DNA of 64,000 nucleotides. Source: Chiloscyllium plagiosum (Eukaryota). This document shows positions 1 to 11,669 of the stretch, one piece after another. Each line of letters begins with the position of its first letter. The stretch's first letter is position 1. Under the pieces are notes generated by a model. The model was not told the origin of the DNA. It saw only the letters and a list, made by a program, of their open reading frames with translations, and made no database searches. A program made the position numbers and the translations under genes. The stretch lies in the NCBI RefSeq assembly GCF_004010195.1, contig NC_057759.1, positions 6,518,734-6,582,733 on the forward strand. Reading direction: 5' to 3'.

Positions 1-1123
1 TACAGCTGCGGCTGATCTCATCCCAGCCTCACTGCAGTTTCCTGCCCTCGCTCCCTTTAACACCTCACTGATTAACAATCTGTCTGTCCCCTCCTTCAAT
101 TTATTCAGTGTCCCGACATACACCCACATACTGGGAAGTGAATTCCCAGAGATTCCCACCCCTTCTGCCTTGGAGAGAAGCTATTTCTCAACATCTCTCA
201 TTTCAATCTGGCCCACCCCCTTCTCCTGAAACAATGACCCTCTCGTTCTAAATTGTCACACCTGAGGAAACATCCTCTCTGTCTCCTTTGTCAATCCCAC
301 CTCCTTTACCACCCTATATCCCTCAGTTGGATCTCCGTTATTCCTCTAAATTCCAGAGCATATTGGCCTTAACTGCTGAATCTCTCTTCCAATGACAAGC
401 CCCTCATCTCTGAACATGAAATGTACAAAATCACGCTAGATGGGATCTTGGATGTAGCTTACACATCTCAAAGTGAGTTAGTCATAGTTTCCGAGATGTC
501 TACAGCCCAGAAAAATGCCCGAGTCTGTGCTGGTCAGAAACAATAACCTCAATATTCTCTTATCCCATTTCCCCAGCACTTGGCTCCATAGCCTTGGCAT
601 CACGAGTACACATTTAAATCCTCCTTCAATGTGATGAAAGCTTCTGCCTCTCCCACCCTTACGTGCAGTGACTTCGAGGATGCACACCACCCTCTGGGTG
701 AACAAGATTTTCCTCACATCCCTTCAAAACCTCCTGGCCCTTACCTTCAATCCCTCCCCCACCTCCATCAAGCAGGGAAAGTTTCTTCCTGCCTCTCCTA
801 TCTTCATCCCTCATCATTTTATACATCCATCTCTTTCAATCTACCCTGCTGTAGGGACAACAATCCCAGTCTGTCCAACCTCTCTCAATCACTGAAACTC
901 TCCAGCCCCAAGGCAATATACTGATAATTCTCCCTGTGCACCCTCTCCCACTTCATTTAGATATGTACTGTTGGTAAAGTGCCTTTTCTTTTATTTACAG
1001 CTCACTCCAATAGTGCATCAGGGAGGAAACATACAAGTTATTTTGCAGTGAAAAAGAGGGCAGTTAATTTTTAATCAGCAGAGTTATGTTTTTAGTAAGT
1101 GGTTAATGTAAAGTCACCATTGT

Positions 1124-2100
1124 CTCGGGTGTAGGTTTGCTCGCTGAGCTGCAGGTTTGATATCCAGACGTTTCATTACTTGGCTAGGTAACATCATCAG
1201 TGGTGACCTCCAAGTGAAGCGAAGCTGTTGTCTCCCGGTGTCTATTTATATGTTTGTCCTGGATGGGGTTCCTGGGGTTTGTGGTGATGTCATTTCCTGT
1301 TCATTTTCTGAGGGGTTGATAGATGGTATCTTGATCTGGGTTTGTTTATGGCGTTGTGGTTGGAGTGCCAGGCCTCTAGGAATTCTCTGGCATGTCTTTG
1401 CTTAGCCTGTCCCAGGATAGATGTGTTGTCCCAGTCGGATTGGTGTTTTTTTTTTCATCCGTGTGTAGGGCTACGAGGGAGAGAGGATCGTGTCTTTTTG
1501 TGGCTACCTGGTGTTCGTGTATCCTGATGGCTAACGTTCTTCCTGTTTGTCCTACGTAGTGTTTGTGGCAGTCCTTGCATGGAATTTTGTAGATAACGTT
1601 GGTTTTGTCCATGGATTGTACTGGGTCTTGTAAGTTTATTAGTTTTTGTTTGAGAGTGTTGGTGGGATTGTGTGCTACTAGGGTTCCGAGGGGTCTTAGT
1701 AGTCTGGCTGTCATTTCTGAAACTTCTTTGATGTATGGTAAGGTGGTTAGGGTTTCTGGCTGTGTTTGATCTGCTTGTCATGATTTGTTCTTGAGGAATC
1801 TGCAGACTGTATTTTTTGAGTATCCGTTCTTCTTGAATACATTGTATAGGTGGTTCTCCTCTGTTTTCCGAAGTTTGTCTGTGCTGCAGTATGTGGTGGC
1901 TCATTGGAATAGTGTTCTGATACAGCTTCGTTTGTGTGTGTTGGGATAGTTGCTGGTGCAGTTAAGTATTTGGTCAGTGTTTGTCGGTTTTCTGTATATG
2001 CAGGTTTGTAGTTCTCCGTTGTCCTTTCTTTCGACTGTGATGTCCAGGAATGCGAGTTTGTTGTCGATTTCTTCCTCCTTGGTGAACTTTATGCCTGTGA
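1124..2100 (-). mobile_element. Penelope-like element, 5'-truncated (RT C-terminus, GIY-YIG endonuclease, 3' end with hammerhead)
   Basis: ORF 1376-1714 has NVIYKIPCKDCHKHYVGQTGRTLAIRIHEH (GIY-YIG). Upstream on the minus strand reads FLDITVER...IYRKPTNTDQILN. Confidence 0.9.
1164..1203 (-). ncRNA. Minimal type I hammerhead ribozyme motif
   Basis: Minus strand CCA-CTGATGA-TGTTACCTAGCCAAGTAAT-GAAA-CGTC-TGG: conserved core, stem I CCA/TGG, imperfect stem II, palindromic ACGT. Confidence 0.7.
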
Positions 2101-2525
2101 GGGTGCCTCATCTGGAGTTGATGACTGTTGTCAGGAACAAACAATCATCTGGTCCAAAACTGAAGACTGAGGTGAGGAGGAGTTTCTTCTTAGGGTTGCG
2201 TGTTGTTGGAACTCCTTGCCACAGAGAGCTGTGTGTGGGGAGAGGGAGTAGTTTTAAGGGTGGGATAGATAGATTCTTGATCAGTCGGGGAATTGAGAGT
2301 TACATGTTAAGTGCAGGAAAGTGAACATGAGGAATGGGGCATCAGTCACAATGCTATTGAATGGATGAGCAGACTCGAGAGGCCGAATGGCCTTCTCCTG
2401 TTCCTGTCTGTGATGGTCCTTCAGGGAATGAAATCTGACCTCATTACCCGCTCTGCTCTGCACGTGATTCCTAACCCTTTGCAAACTCTTCACTGCCTTG
2501 TGGCTGAGGAAGTTGATTGGTTCAG

Positions 2526-2599
2526 AATTACATCCACTTCCCACCTTGGCAAAGATGACCACATCCTGTTCAGACTACAGAGAAATAACATTTGTCAGA
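2526..2599 (+). CDS. Paralogous putative cytoplasmic exon with SxYxxI motif
   Basis: (E)LHPLPTLAKMTTSCSDYREITFVR followed by donor AGA|GTCAGT; duplicate of 6845-6888. The acceptor position is uncertain (after 2525 or after 2573). Confidence 0.45.
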
Positions 2600-2733
2600 G
2601 TCAGTTTTTGATTTGTTCTAATCATGTGCTTTGCCAAGACAAATTGGTCTGTATAATGACCCCACATATTCACAGCTCCTCCTGTACACTCTGATTGTCT
2701 TTCAGGCAAAGTTTATTATTCTCATCCATTTTC

Positions 2734-3418
2734 ATAGAGTCATGCAGCACGGAAACAGGCCCTTCAGCCCAACTCGCCCATGCTGACAAGGTTGCCCAAA
2801 CTCAACTAGTCCCATTTATCTGAATTTGGTGCATATTCCTCTGCACCTTTCTTATCCATGTACCTTTACAAATGTCTCTTACATGTAATTGTACCTGCCT
2901 CTACCACTTCCTCTGCAGCTCATTCCATATACTCGCTGCATTCAGTGTGATAAATTTGCCTCTCAGGCCCCTTTGAAATTTTTCCCCTCTCACCTTAAAC
3001 CTATGCCACTAGTTTTGGACACCCCTACATTGGGGAAAAGACTATATCTATTTACCTTCTCTGTGCCTCTCGTGATTTTATAACCTGTATAAGGTCACCC
3101 CTCAGCCTCCAATGCTCCAGGGGAGAAAAGCTCCCAGCTTATGAAGCTTCTGCTTATAACTCAAACCTTGCAACCTTGGTAACATCTTTGTTAATCTTTT
3201 CTCTAACCTTTCGAGCTCAACAACATCCTTTCTACAGCAGGTTGACCAGGACTGTACACAGTATTCTAAAAATGGTCTCACCAACATCCTGTACAGCTAT
3301 AACGTGATGCCCCAACTCCTGTCGTCAGTGCTCTGACCAGTGAAGGCAAGCATGCCAAACGCTTACTTCACCACAGTGTCAAGCTGCAATGCCACATTTA
3401 AGGAACTGTCTTCCTGCA
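2734..3418 (-). mobile_element. CR1 LINE 3' fragment
   Basis: Minus-strand ORF LVRPFLEYCVQSWS...LERLEKRLTKMLP and a CR1-type 3' tail. Confidence 0.85.
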
Positions 3419-4599
3419 NNNNNNNNNNNNNNNNNNNNNNNNNNNNNNNNNNNNNNNNNNNNNNNNNNNNNNNNNNNNNNNNNNNNNNNNNNNNNNNNNN
3501 NNNNNNNNNNNNNNNNNNNNNNNNNNNNNNNNNNNNNNNNNNNNNNNNNNNNNNNNNNNNNNNNNNNNNNNNNNNNNNNNNNNNNNNNNNNNNNNNNNNN
3601 NNNNNNNNNNNNNNNNNNNNNNNNNNNNNNNNNNNNNNNNNNNNNNNNNNNNNNNNNNNNNNNNNNNNNNNNNNNNNNNNNNNNNNNNNNNNNNNNNNNN
3701 NNNNNNNNNNNNNNNNNNNNNNNNNNNNNNNNNNNNNNNNNNNNNNNNNNNNNNNNNNNNNNNNNNNNNNNNNNNNNNNNNNNNNNNNNNNNNNNNNNNN
3801 NNNNNNNNNNNNNNNNNNNNNNNNNNNNNNNNNNNNNNNNNNNNNNNNNNNNNNNNNNNNNNNNNNNNNNNNNNNNNNNNNNNNNNNNNNNNNNNNNNNN
3901 NNNNNNNNNNNNNNNNNNNNNNNNNNNNNNNNNNNNNNNNNNNNNNNNNNNNNNNNNNNNNNNNNNNNNNNNNNNNNNNNNNNNNNNNNNNNNNNNNNNN
4001 NNNNNNNNNNNNNNNNNGTAAAAGTAACCAATGGGGTGAAAGGGGGGGGACTGAGAGATGCAGCTGGACAGCATAAATCAGAATGTAACCCTCAGATCGG
4101 GGTGCTTACTCATTAGGCACCCGTTCTTGCAAGTACGTATCAGTAAAATTCGCTGCTTCTGAAATTTATTAATATGCGAGTTTTGTTTCTCACACTCCCT
4201 AACTGCCAACTGAACCTGCCTGTTAACCTGAAGAGAATCCTGAACTCGGACTCCCAAGTCCCTTTGTGCTTCAGATTTCCGAAACCTTTCCCCATTTTCG
4301 GAAACAGTCTCTGCCTCTATTCTTCTAATCCCATTGCACACCCTCCCACACTGTCATCCATCTGCCAACCGAACCTTAATAGGATCCTGAACTCGGACTC
4401 ACCCCCGAGGACCTTGTTTGTGCTTCAGGCCTGGCAGCATCTGTCCAGAGACAGACAGAGAGAAAGCGGAGTCAACGTTTCGAGTCCGGGGCAGCCGTCC
4501 TTCGGGAGAGTGGCCTTTGGTCTTGATGTGCCGCCGCACAATTTCTTGTTCACTCCCACCTCTCTGTCTGTGTGTATATTTGTCATTATTATTGAGTTT

Positions 4600-4900
4600 G
4601 GCGAGTCCCGGAGCCGGCCCTGTTGATTCTCTCTCCTGAAAGGGTTGTCCCTTTAAAGAGCCTTTCCCCTGAAGCAGCTGCTAACGGTCACTTGGGGCAC
4701 GAGGCGGCCGTTAACCGCCATCTCGCGCGGGGCCTGAAGCTAAAATGGCGCCGGGGCCACGCGGGAAGGAAAAGCGCCGAGGGAGAGCGGACTGTGTCAA
4801 CATGTCCCGTTCCCGAGGGTCAGGATGGTGGTTATTGGGGGGTGAGGGGGGACAGGAGAGATTCCCCCTCCCAGTGAGGCATCTTGTACAAACCGCGAGG
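4600..4900 (+). promoter_or_regulatory. CpG-rich promoter-like island with YY1-type motifs
   Basis: Locally high GC and CpG; CGCCATCT near 4717 and AAAATGGCGCC at 4742-4752; donor-like G|GTGAGG at 4842. Confidence 0.5.
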
Positions 4901-5094
4901 TCTCTCTCCGTCTCCCTGTCTCTGTACATCTCTCTCTCTCTGTAACTGTTTGACTGTCCATGACTTGCTTTAACTCTCTGACCAGGTCGATTAATCTCGA
5001 TGACTGTGTGATTTTGTGTTTCTCTGTGTGTCTCTATGACTCTGCCCCTCTGTATATCTATGTCTCTCTGTTTCTCCCTGCGTCTCTATGATTT

Positions 5095-6344
5095 TGCCGA
5101 GAGGTGCAAGGGAGAAGCGAAGGACTTCTGGGAAGGTTTTAAGTGGGAAGTGCACCCAACTCCAGCTCCTCGAAAACCGCTGGAGCTGGATGGACTGAGG
5201 GGGAAATTGAGAGGATGTACAGGGAGGTGGTCATTCCCCAGACACAGTATAAGGACAGCTGGGTTACTGTCAGGGGGAGGAAAATGAACCGACGGTCAGG
5301 GCAGGGATCCCCTGTGGCCGTTCCCCTCAGCAATAAGTACAGTAGCACCTCGACTTATGAACTTAATCCATTCTGGGACCGGTTTGCGAACCGTAAAGTT
5401 CGCGAACTGAATCAATTTTTCCCATTGTTCGGATAGCGTAAGAATGCTTGGACGGCTGTTCACAGTGCACGCGCCAAAGACGAACTGAATGAGATCACGC
5501 AGGGCCCGAGAGCTTTTGCGTTCAACAAGCGCATAGCAAAGCAGAACAATGAAACCATATGGTCGCACACGGGAATTTTGCGTTTGTCCCTTCATTTGTA
5601 CCTTGAATTTTGTACGTACGTTGAAGCAAACCTTTACGTACAATCCTGTTCGTAAACTGATTTGTTCGTGAACGGGGTCGTTCGTATGTCGAGGCTCTAC
5701 TGTACACCATTTTGGATACTGTTGGTGGGGATAGCCTACCAGGGGAAAACCATAGTTGTCAGGTCTCTGGCACTGAGCCTGGCACTGTGGCTCAGAAGGG
5801 AAGAGCGGAAAATAGAAAAGCGCTACTGGTCGGGGACTCAATAGTTAGACGGATTAACAGGAGACTTTGTGGTCAGGAACAAGACTCCCGGAAGATATGT
5901 TGCCTCCCCAATGCCAGGGTCCGGGCTGTCGCCGTTTGGGTTTGCAAGATAATGAAGGGGGAGGGTGAGCAGCCAGAAATCGTGATACATATTGGCACCA
6001 GTGATATAGCCAGGAAAGGGATTGAGGGTCTGAAAAGTGACTACAGAGGGGTAGGTTGGAAGCTGCAGAGCAGGACGAGTAGATTAGTGATCTCGAGTTT
6101 GCTACTGGTGCCACAAGATAGTGAGATGAGGAACAGTCAGCGAATGCAGCTTAATACGTCTCTGCGAGGCTGGTGCAGGAGGGAGGGCTGCAGATACCTA
6201 GACCATTGGGATACCTTTTGGGGAAGCTGGGACCTGTACATGAAGGACAGGTTGCACCTGAACGGGCAGGGCAAAAATATCCCAGCTGGGAGATTTGCTT
6301 GTGTGATTTGGGAGGGTTTAAACGAGTAAGAAGGGGGGCAGGGG
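5095..6344 (+). mobile_element. CR1 LINE ORF1 region (SGNH/GDSL esterase domain), interrupted by a MITE
   Basis: ORF 5712-6329 has LLVGDSIVR...HIGTSDI...DRLHLN, the esterase blocks typical of CR1-clade ORF1. Confidence 0.85.
5340..5702. mobile_element. Tc1/mariner (pogo/Tigger-like) MITE, 363 bp
   Basis: TIRs CAGTAGCACCTCGACTTATGAAC and GTTCGTATGTCGAGGCTCTACTG (19/23 match); TA duplication at 5338-5339 and 5703-5704. Removal restores the CR1 frame SNKY|TILDTVGGD. Confidence 0.92.
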
Positions 6345-6844
6345 NNNNNNNNNNNNNNNNNNNNNNNNNNNNNNNNNNNNNNNNNNNNNNNNNNNNNNNN
6401 NNNNNNNNNNNNNNNNNNNNNNNNNNNNNNNNNNNNNNNNNNNNNNNNNNNNNNNNNNNNNNNNNNNNNNNNNNNNNNNNNNNNNNNNNNNNNNNNNNNN
6501 NNNNNNNNNNNNNNNNNNNNNNNNNNNNNNNNNNNNNNNNNNNNNNNNNNNNNNNNNNNNNNNNNNNNNNNNNNNNNNNNNNNNNNNNNNNNNNNNNNNN
6601 NNNNNNNNNNNNNNNNNNNNNNNNNNNNNNNNNNNNNNNNNNNNNNNNNNNNNNNNNNNNNNNNNNNNNNNNNNNNNNNNNNNNNNNNNNNNNNNNNNNN
6701 NNNNNNNNNNNNNNNNNNNNNNNNNNNNNNNNNNNNNNNNNNNNNNNNNNNNNNNNNNNNNNNNNNNNNNNNNNNNNNNNNNNNNNNNNNNNNNNNNNNN
6801 NNNNNNNNNNNNNNNNNNNNNNNNNNNNNNNNNNNNNNNNNNNN

Positions 6845-6888
6845 TGGCCACATTCTGTTCAGAGTACAGAGAAATAACATTTGTCAGG
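6845..6888 (+). CDS. Putative cytoplasmic exon (3' part; 5' end probably in the gap) with SxYxxI motif
   Basis: ATFCSEYREITFVR followed by donor AGG|GTCAGT in phase 0, matching the phase of the 7945 exon. Confidence 0.5.
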
Positions 6889-7019
6889 GTCAGTTTTAGG
6901 CTTGCTCCAAACACATGCCTTGCTAAGAGAAATTAGTCTGGAAAATGAACCCAAATAGTCACAGCTCCTGCTGTACACTGGTTGTCTTTCAGGCAAAGTT
7001 TGTTTTTCTCATCCATTTT

Positions 7020-7905
7020 CATAGAGTCATACAGCACGGATACAGGCCCTTTGGCCCAACTCGCCCATGCTGACAAGGTTGCCCAAACTCAACTAGTCCC
7101 ATTTGTTTGCATTTGGCCCATATCTCTCTAAACCTTTCTTACCCATGTACCTTTCCAAATGTCTTTTAAATGTTGTAATTGTACCTGCCTCTACCACTTC
7201 TTCTGGCAGCTCATTCCATATACGCACTGCCCTCTGTGTGAGAAATTTGCCTGTCAGGTCCCTTTTTAATCTTTCCCCTCTAACCTTAAACCTATGCCCA
7301 CTAGTTTTGGACACCCCTACGTTTGGGAAAAGACCATACCTATTTGCCTCTCGTGATTTTATAACATCCGTAAGGCCACCCCTCAGCCTCCAAAGCTCCA
7401 GGGGAGAAAAGCTCCCAGCTCCTGCAGCTTCTCCTTATAATTCAAACCCTGCAATCTTGGTAACATCTTTGTCAATCTTTTCTGTGCCCTTTCTAGCTGA
7501 AGAAACTTCTACAGCAGGCTGACCAGAATTGCACACAGTATTCCAAAAGTGGCCTCACCAACATCCTGTACAGCTGTAACATGATGCCCCAACTGCTGTC
7601 ATCAGAGCTCTATTCAGTGAAGGCAAGCATGCCAAACATCTTCACCACCGTGTCTAGCTGCAATGCCACATTCAAGGAACAATCAACCTTCACACCAAGG
7701 TCTCTTTGTTTGGAAACAGTCCCCAGACTTGTACTATGAACAGTATATGTCCTGCCCTGGTTTGCCTTACCAAAATGCAACACCTCGCATTTACCTAAAT
7801 TAAACTTCATCTGTTATTCCTCGACCCACTGGCCTAGCTGATCTAATGTCCATTATACTCTTAGATAACCTTCTTCTCTGTCTAAAATGCCACCAATGTT
7901 GGTCC
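7020..7905 (-). mobile_element. CR1 LINE 3' fragment (duplicate of the 2734-3418 insertion)
   Basis: Minus-strand ORFs KFNLGKCEVLHFGK and GHRFKVRGER...WNELPEEVVEA; same flanking junction as the 2734 copy. Confidence 0.88.
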
Positions 7906-7944
7906 TGCTCCTATCTACTACGTTTCTTGTTGACCTGTTTTCAG

Positions 7945-8076
7945 GCTGACCAAGCGGAACAGCAACCACCCTGCATCACTTACGCCAGCCTGTGGAACAC
8001 AGATACAAGAGGGGATGAGGAACCAGGTCAAGACAAAGAGGGAAACGTTTATGCCAACCTTCCACAGATGTTGTGA
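7945..8076 (+). CDS. Putative terminal coding exon of an ITIM-bearing receptor cytoplasmic tail
   Basis: Acceptor TTTCTTGTTGACCTGTTTTCAG, then the open phase-0 frame ADQAEQQPPCITYASLWNTDTRGDEEPGQDKEGNVYANLPQML-stop. ITYASL fits the ITIM consensus and NVYANL is a second YxxL. It is a non-repeat island between CR1 fragments. Confidence 0.65.
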   Translation, partial: ADQAEQQPPCITYASLWNTDTRGDEEPGQDKEGNVYANLPQML

Positions 8077-8519
8077 GACAGCACAGAAGAAAGCCTGTGA
8101 AACTTCACAAATCAATCAACAGCAAATCTATCTTCTCGCAAATAAGGAGGAAATGGAAGAGAAGGCAGAGCACTGTCATGTTTCTGTGACTTGGTTAGGC
8201 TTTGTCTCAGTTCACACAGCAAGATGTCAGTTCAAAAGATGGACTTGTCTTGAGAAACCATCTGGATAATGGTCTCTCCCACAACTCTCGGTGGGTCAAT
8301 TTATACGGCTGTAGCACGATCTAATTGTTGATGGCAGAGATTTAAGATTTTATGGTGTCCTTTCCTAACTTGAGCATCCATTTGATTTCCTGGTGAATGG
8401 GTCAAGGCAGACTAGACAATGAATTGTACATACTCTACATCTTTTATTTAAATTGTGGTGAGCTGGAAATAATTCAAGACAATAATTCCCTAGCCCTATC
8501 TTCATTGTCCTCCAACTTC

Positions 8520-9345
8520 ATCACATAAAATATACTTCCAGATCTCTTTTCATACCTCATACGGAATCTACCTCCACCACAATCCCAGGCTGCACAATCC
8601 AAATCCTAACAACTTTGAGAAAAGACATATCTCCTCATGTGACTCCCAGCTGTCTTGCCAGCAATCTTGAAATTGTGACCCCTAGTTACTGGCATACCAA
8701 CTTGTGGTAAAAAAAATTCTTCTTTCCCCTGTCAAAATTCTTCATAATTTTGAACACCTCCATAAGGTCCCTCTCTAAATCTTCTCTGCTTCAAGGAGAA
8801 GGAGCCTGATGTCACTAATTATTCCTTGTAGGTAAAATCCTTCATTTCTTCTATCATTCTAGTAAAACTCCCATGAACCCTCTCCAGAGCTTGAAGTTCC
8901 TTCCTTAAATAAAGTGCCCAGAACTGAACACAAATGTTACCTGACTAATGATTTGTAGAGGTATAGCATCACTTTCTCAGTTTTATACTCAATGCTTCTA
9001 TTTATAACTGCAAGAATCCTATAAACCTTCTTCACAACTGTTTCAGCTTGCCTGGCGACCTTGAGAGAATGATGTGCATGAACCCCAAGGTTCCTCTGCT
9101 CTAGTGCTCCCTACAAAAATGTACCATTGACCCTACATTGTTGCCATGTGTTTCTGGTAGCAAAATGCATTTCATTTCATTCCTCTGCATTGGAATTCTT
9201 TTGCCAGATTTCTACCCATTTGGCCAATTTGTCAATCTCCCTGTGAAGTCACTCAGCATCATCCTCACAATTCACTCTTCTCCCTGGGTTAGTATCAACT
9301 GTGAATTAGAGATTATAATCTCAACACCAAACTCCTAATCATTTT
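8520..9345 (-). mobile_element. Old CR1 LINE fragment
   Basis: Diverged similarity to the RT C-terminal region of other CR1 copies in the window (e.g. CCCAGAACTGAACACA). Confidence 0.65.
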
Positions 9346-9349
9346 ATAT

Positions 9350-10030
9350 AACAATGTAGTTATTAATGAGTACGTGTCAGATTCTTCTATGTGCATGTAA
9401 CTATTAATCTCTACCTGTTCGTTACCCATATGTGAATGGGATTTACCTGTCTGTTCCTGCTCTGTGAATTGAGACAGTTAATATTGACCTGTATTTGCCC
9501 GTTTCCCCTATGTGAATGTGAGAGTGTATTTACCATTCTGTCCCTGCTGTGTTTTGAGATTGTCAATATTAATCTGTGCCTGTCACTTTCTCCTATGTTA
9601 CTATGTGAATGTAATCACCAATATTTGCCTTTCAATCTCTGCCTTGAGAATATGTGAATTTACTTATCATTTGTACCTGTCAGTTCCTGTTTGGTGAATG
9701 TGAACACTGCAGGTACCAATATGTACCCGTGAGAATCTGCTCTGTGAATATGAGACTGTCATTGTCACAATGTACTTGTCAGTTTATGCTGTGTGAAACT
9801 GGGCGTGTAGTTATCATTCTGTTCCTGTCTTTGTGAATGAGAGTATAGTTATTAATCTGTCCCTGACAGATACTGAAATGCTAATGTGTCACTTAGAAAC
9901 CGACCAATGGAGATTAATAGTCACACATTTGCGTTGCGGTAACTGTGTTGTCATCATTTGTTTGTCTGTTTCTGCAAAATGAAAGTGTGTGTGTAGTTAT
10001 CAGCCTGTACTTATCAATTTCTACTCTTTC
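9350..10030 (-). repeat. Degenerate 47-49 bp tandem repeat (reverse orientation)
   Basis: Recurring TGTGAATGTGAG...TTATCAATCTGTACCTGTCAGTTTCTG variants; reverse complement of the 46-54 kb array. Confidence 0.8.
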
Positions 10031-10959
10031 GTATCTAAGTGGAAGCCAGTAATATTCTGTGTCTGTGTGATACGTTCTGTGATAGTTGTTATGAGGGTGT
10101 TGAGACTGGGTCTTAATCTTTTCTGCATTTTGTGATTTCTGTGTTGACTGTCAGGTCTGTCTTGGGGAGAGAGGAGCTAGGGTGATAGCGGAAGGGAAAC
10201 TGCTTTATTCTGAGAACCATTCTGAATCATGGTCACACATTTCCTGTTTGGGTAGAGAGTCTGGGATCACTGAGACATTTAGTTTCAATTTGTACCTAGA
10301 CATTGGTGTTTTTTCATGAAAGTGTATTTTATTCTGCATGTCAGTTCATTTCTGTATGATATTTTTTATACCAATATGCAACACCACAGCATGTCATCAG
10401 TTTTCTCACCAAAATCAGAATCACTGATATGGTACAGATCAGAAGCAGACCATTCATCCCCTTGTATATATACTGGGACATTCTCTAATGCATCAATTCT
10501 ACAGTATTTGTTGGGAATGTGAACTTCATCCCCTCATTGTCAGTGTCTATGTGGAAAGGACAATTTGACATCAGTTCTGTAGACATCTGACTTTTAATAA
10601 CTGTCGTCCTTGGTCGGACAGATCACGGTTGTTTTCAGTTCTGGGCACATTATTTAGGGAAGGATCCTCAAGTTCTTGAGAGGGTTCATTGGAGATTTAC
10701 TGGATTTCAATCACCTATGTTCAATTGTGGTTTGTGTCTGAGTGTAGCATAAACTCTGTAAATAAACTCTTTTCAATGATGCGTAACTGTATTGCATTTC
10801 AATCTGTTTATTTTTACATTGTGTGTGTGTGTGTGTATACATATATAGTAGACTTTATCAGGCACTGCTGGGCACTGTATATCCTCAGCTGTGATACGTG
10901 ATGTTGAGAGTCAATTCACATCTGGAAATAGAGGCCAAACTTTATTCTTTTCCTTTCAG

Positions 10960-11490
10960 CATCCAGTGGCTGAGTGAGAGTGAGTTTGCTCTTGTGCTGC
11001 CACTCTGTCTGTATCTCAGTTCATGTCTCCTGTAGTGAATGGGAAACAGCTGAAGTTCTTTAATTGTTAGTGCCTGTAGGAATCACGTGCAAGTGAAAAT
11101 GTAACACACTGCAACAGAAAAGATTCTGTGCTGTTCCTCAGTGTCAAGGTAGGAAAAGGAATGGACCTTTTGTATCTTGTATGGTGTGGAATCTAATAGA
11201 GAGTAATGATATAAAATGTTGGTCTTCAGAAAGCCATCAGTTTTTGTTTCAGTGCATAGTGATGTTCTTTTATGCATTTGGTGAAGTAAAAATCAATGTA
11301 AACTGAATCCATTTGCAACTAAATGAAAGGGTGACAAACAATTCAACTGCATTGGAGCTGACTGACCATAATGTTCCTTGTACAGAAAAGACAATTCTAT
11401 TTTCTGATGTCGACAGAACATTACCCTGCTCTGTCGTATGATGATGCACCATTAGCTGTACTGTTGCATTGCTCTATAGTAGGGAGGAGG
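10960..11490 (+). pseudogene. Decayed putative Ig-like exon and transmembrane exon
   Basis: Strong acceptor at 10959. Homologous to 29835-30056 plus 34672-34800, and (TM part) to 45667-45815 on the opposite strand. Contains several stops and frameshifts. Confidence 0.3.
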
Positions 11491-11669
11491 AAAGGAAAAG
11501 GACTTTTTTTTTTTGTCTTGCAGTGCAGAATATGTAAACTGCCAAATTCCAATTATGGATTAATCAACACTGTTCTGCTCTGCCTGAAAATAAAATGAGC
11601 AGTTTTACAAACCTACCAATTTTGGCTTTCGTTTCCCCCCACCCCCCCCTTTCTCCACTGCTTTGAAGG

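Noticed and set aside
3340-4116. Long ORFs spanning N runs (also near 6.3, 56.8, 59.6 and 63.3 kb)
   Set aside because: Artefacts of translating assembly gaps.
5712-6329. 205-aa SGNH hydrolase ORF as a host gene
   Set aside because: It is the esterase domain of CR1 ORF1, and its upstream part is disrupted by a MITE.
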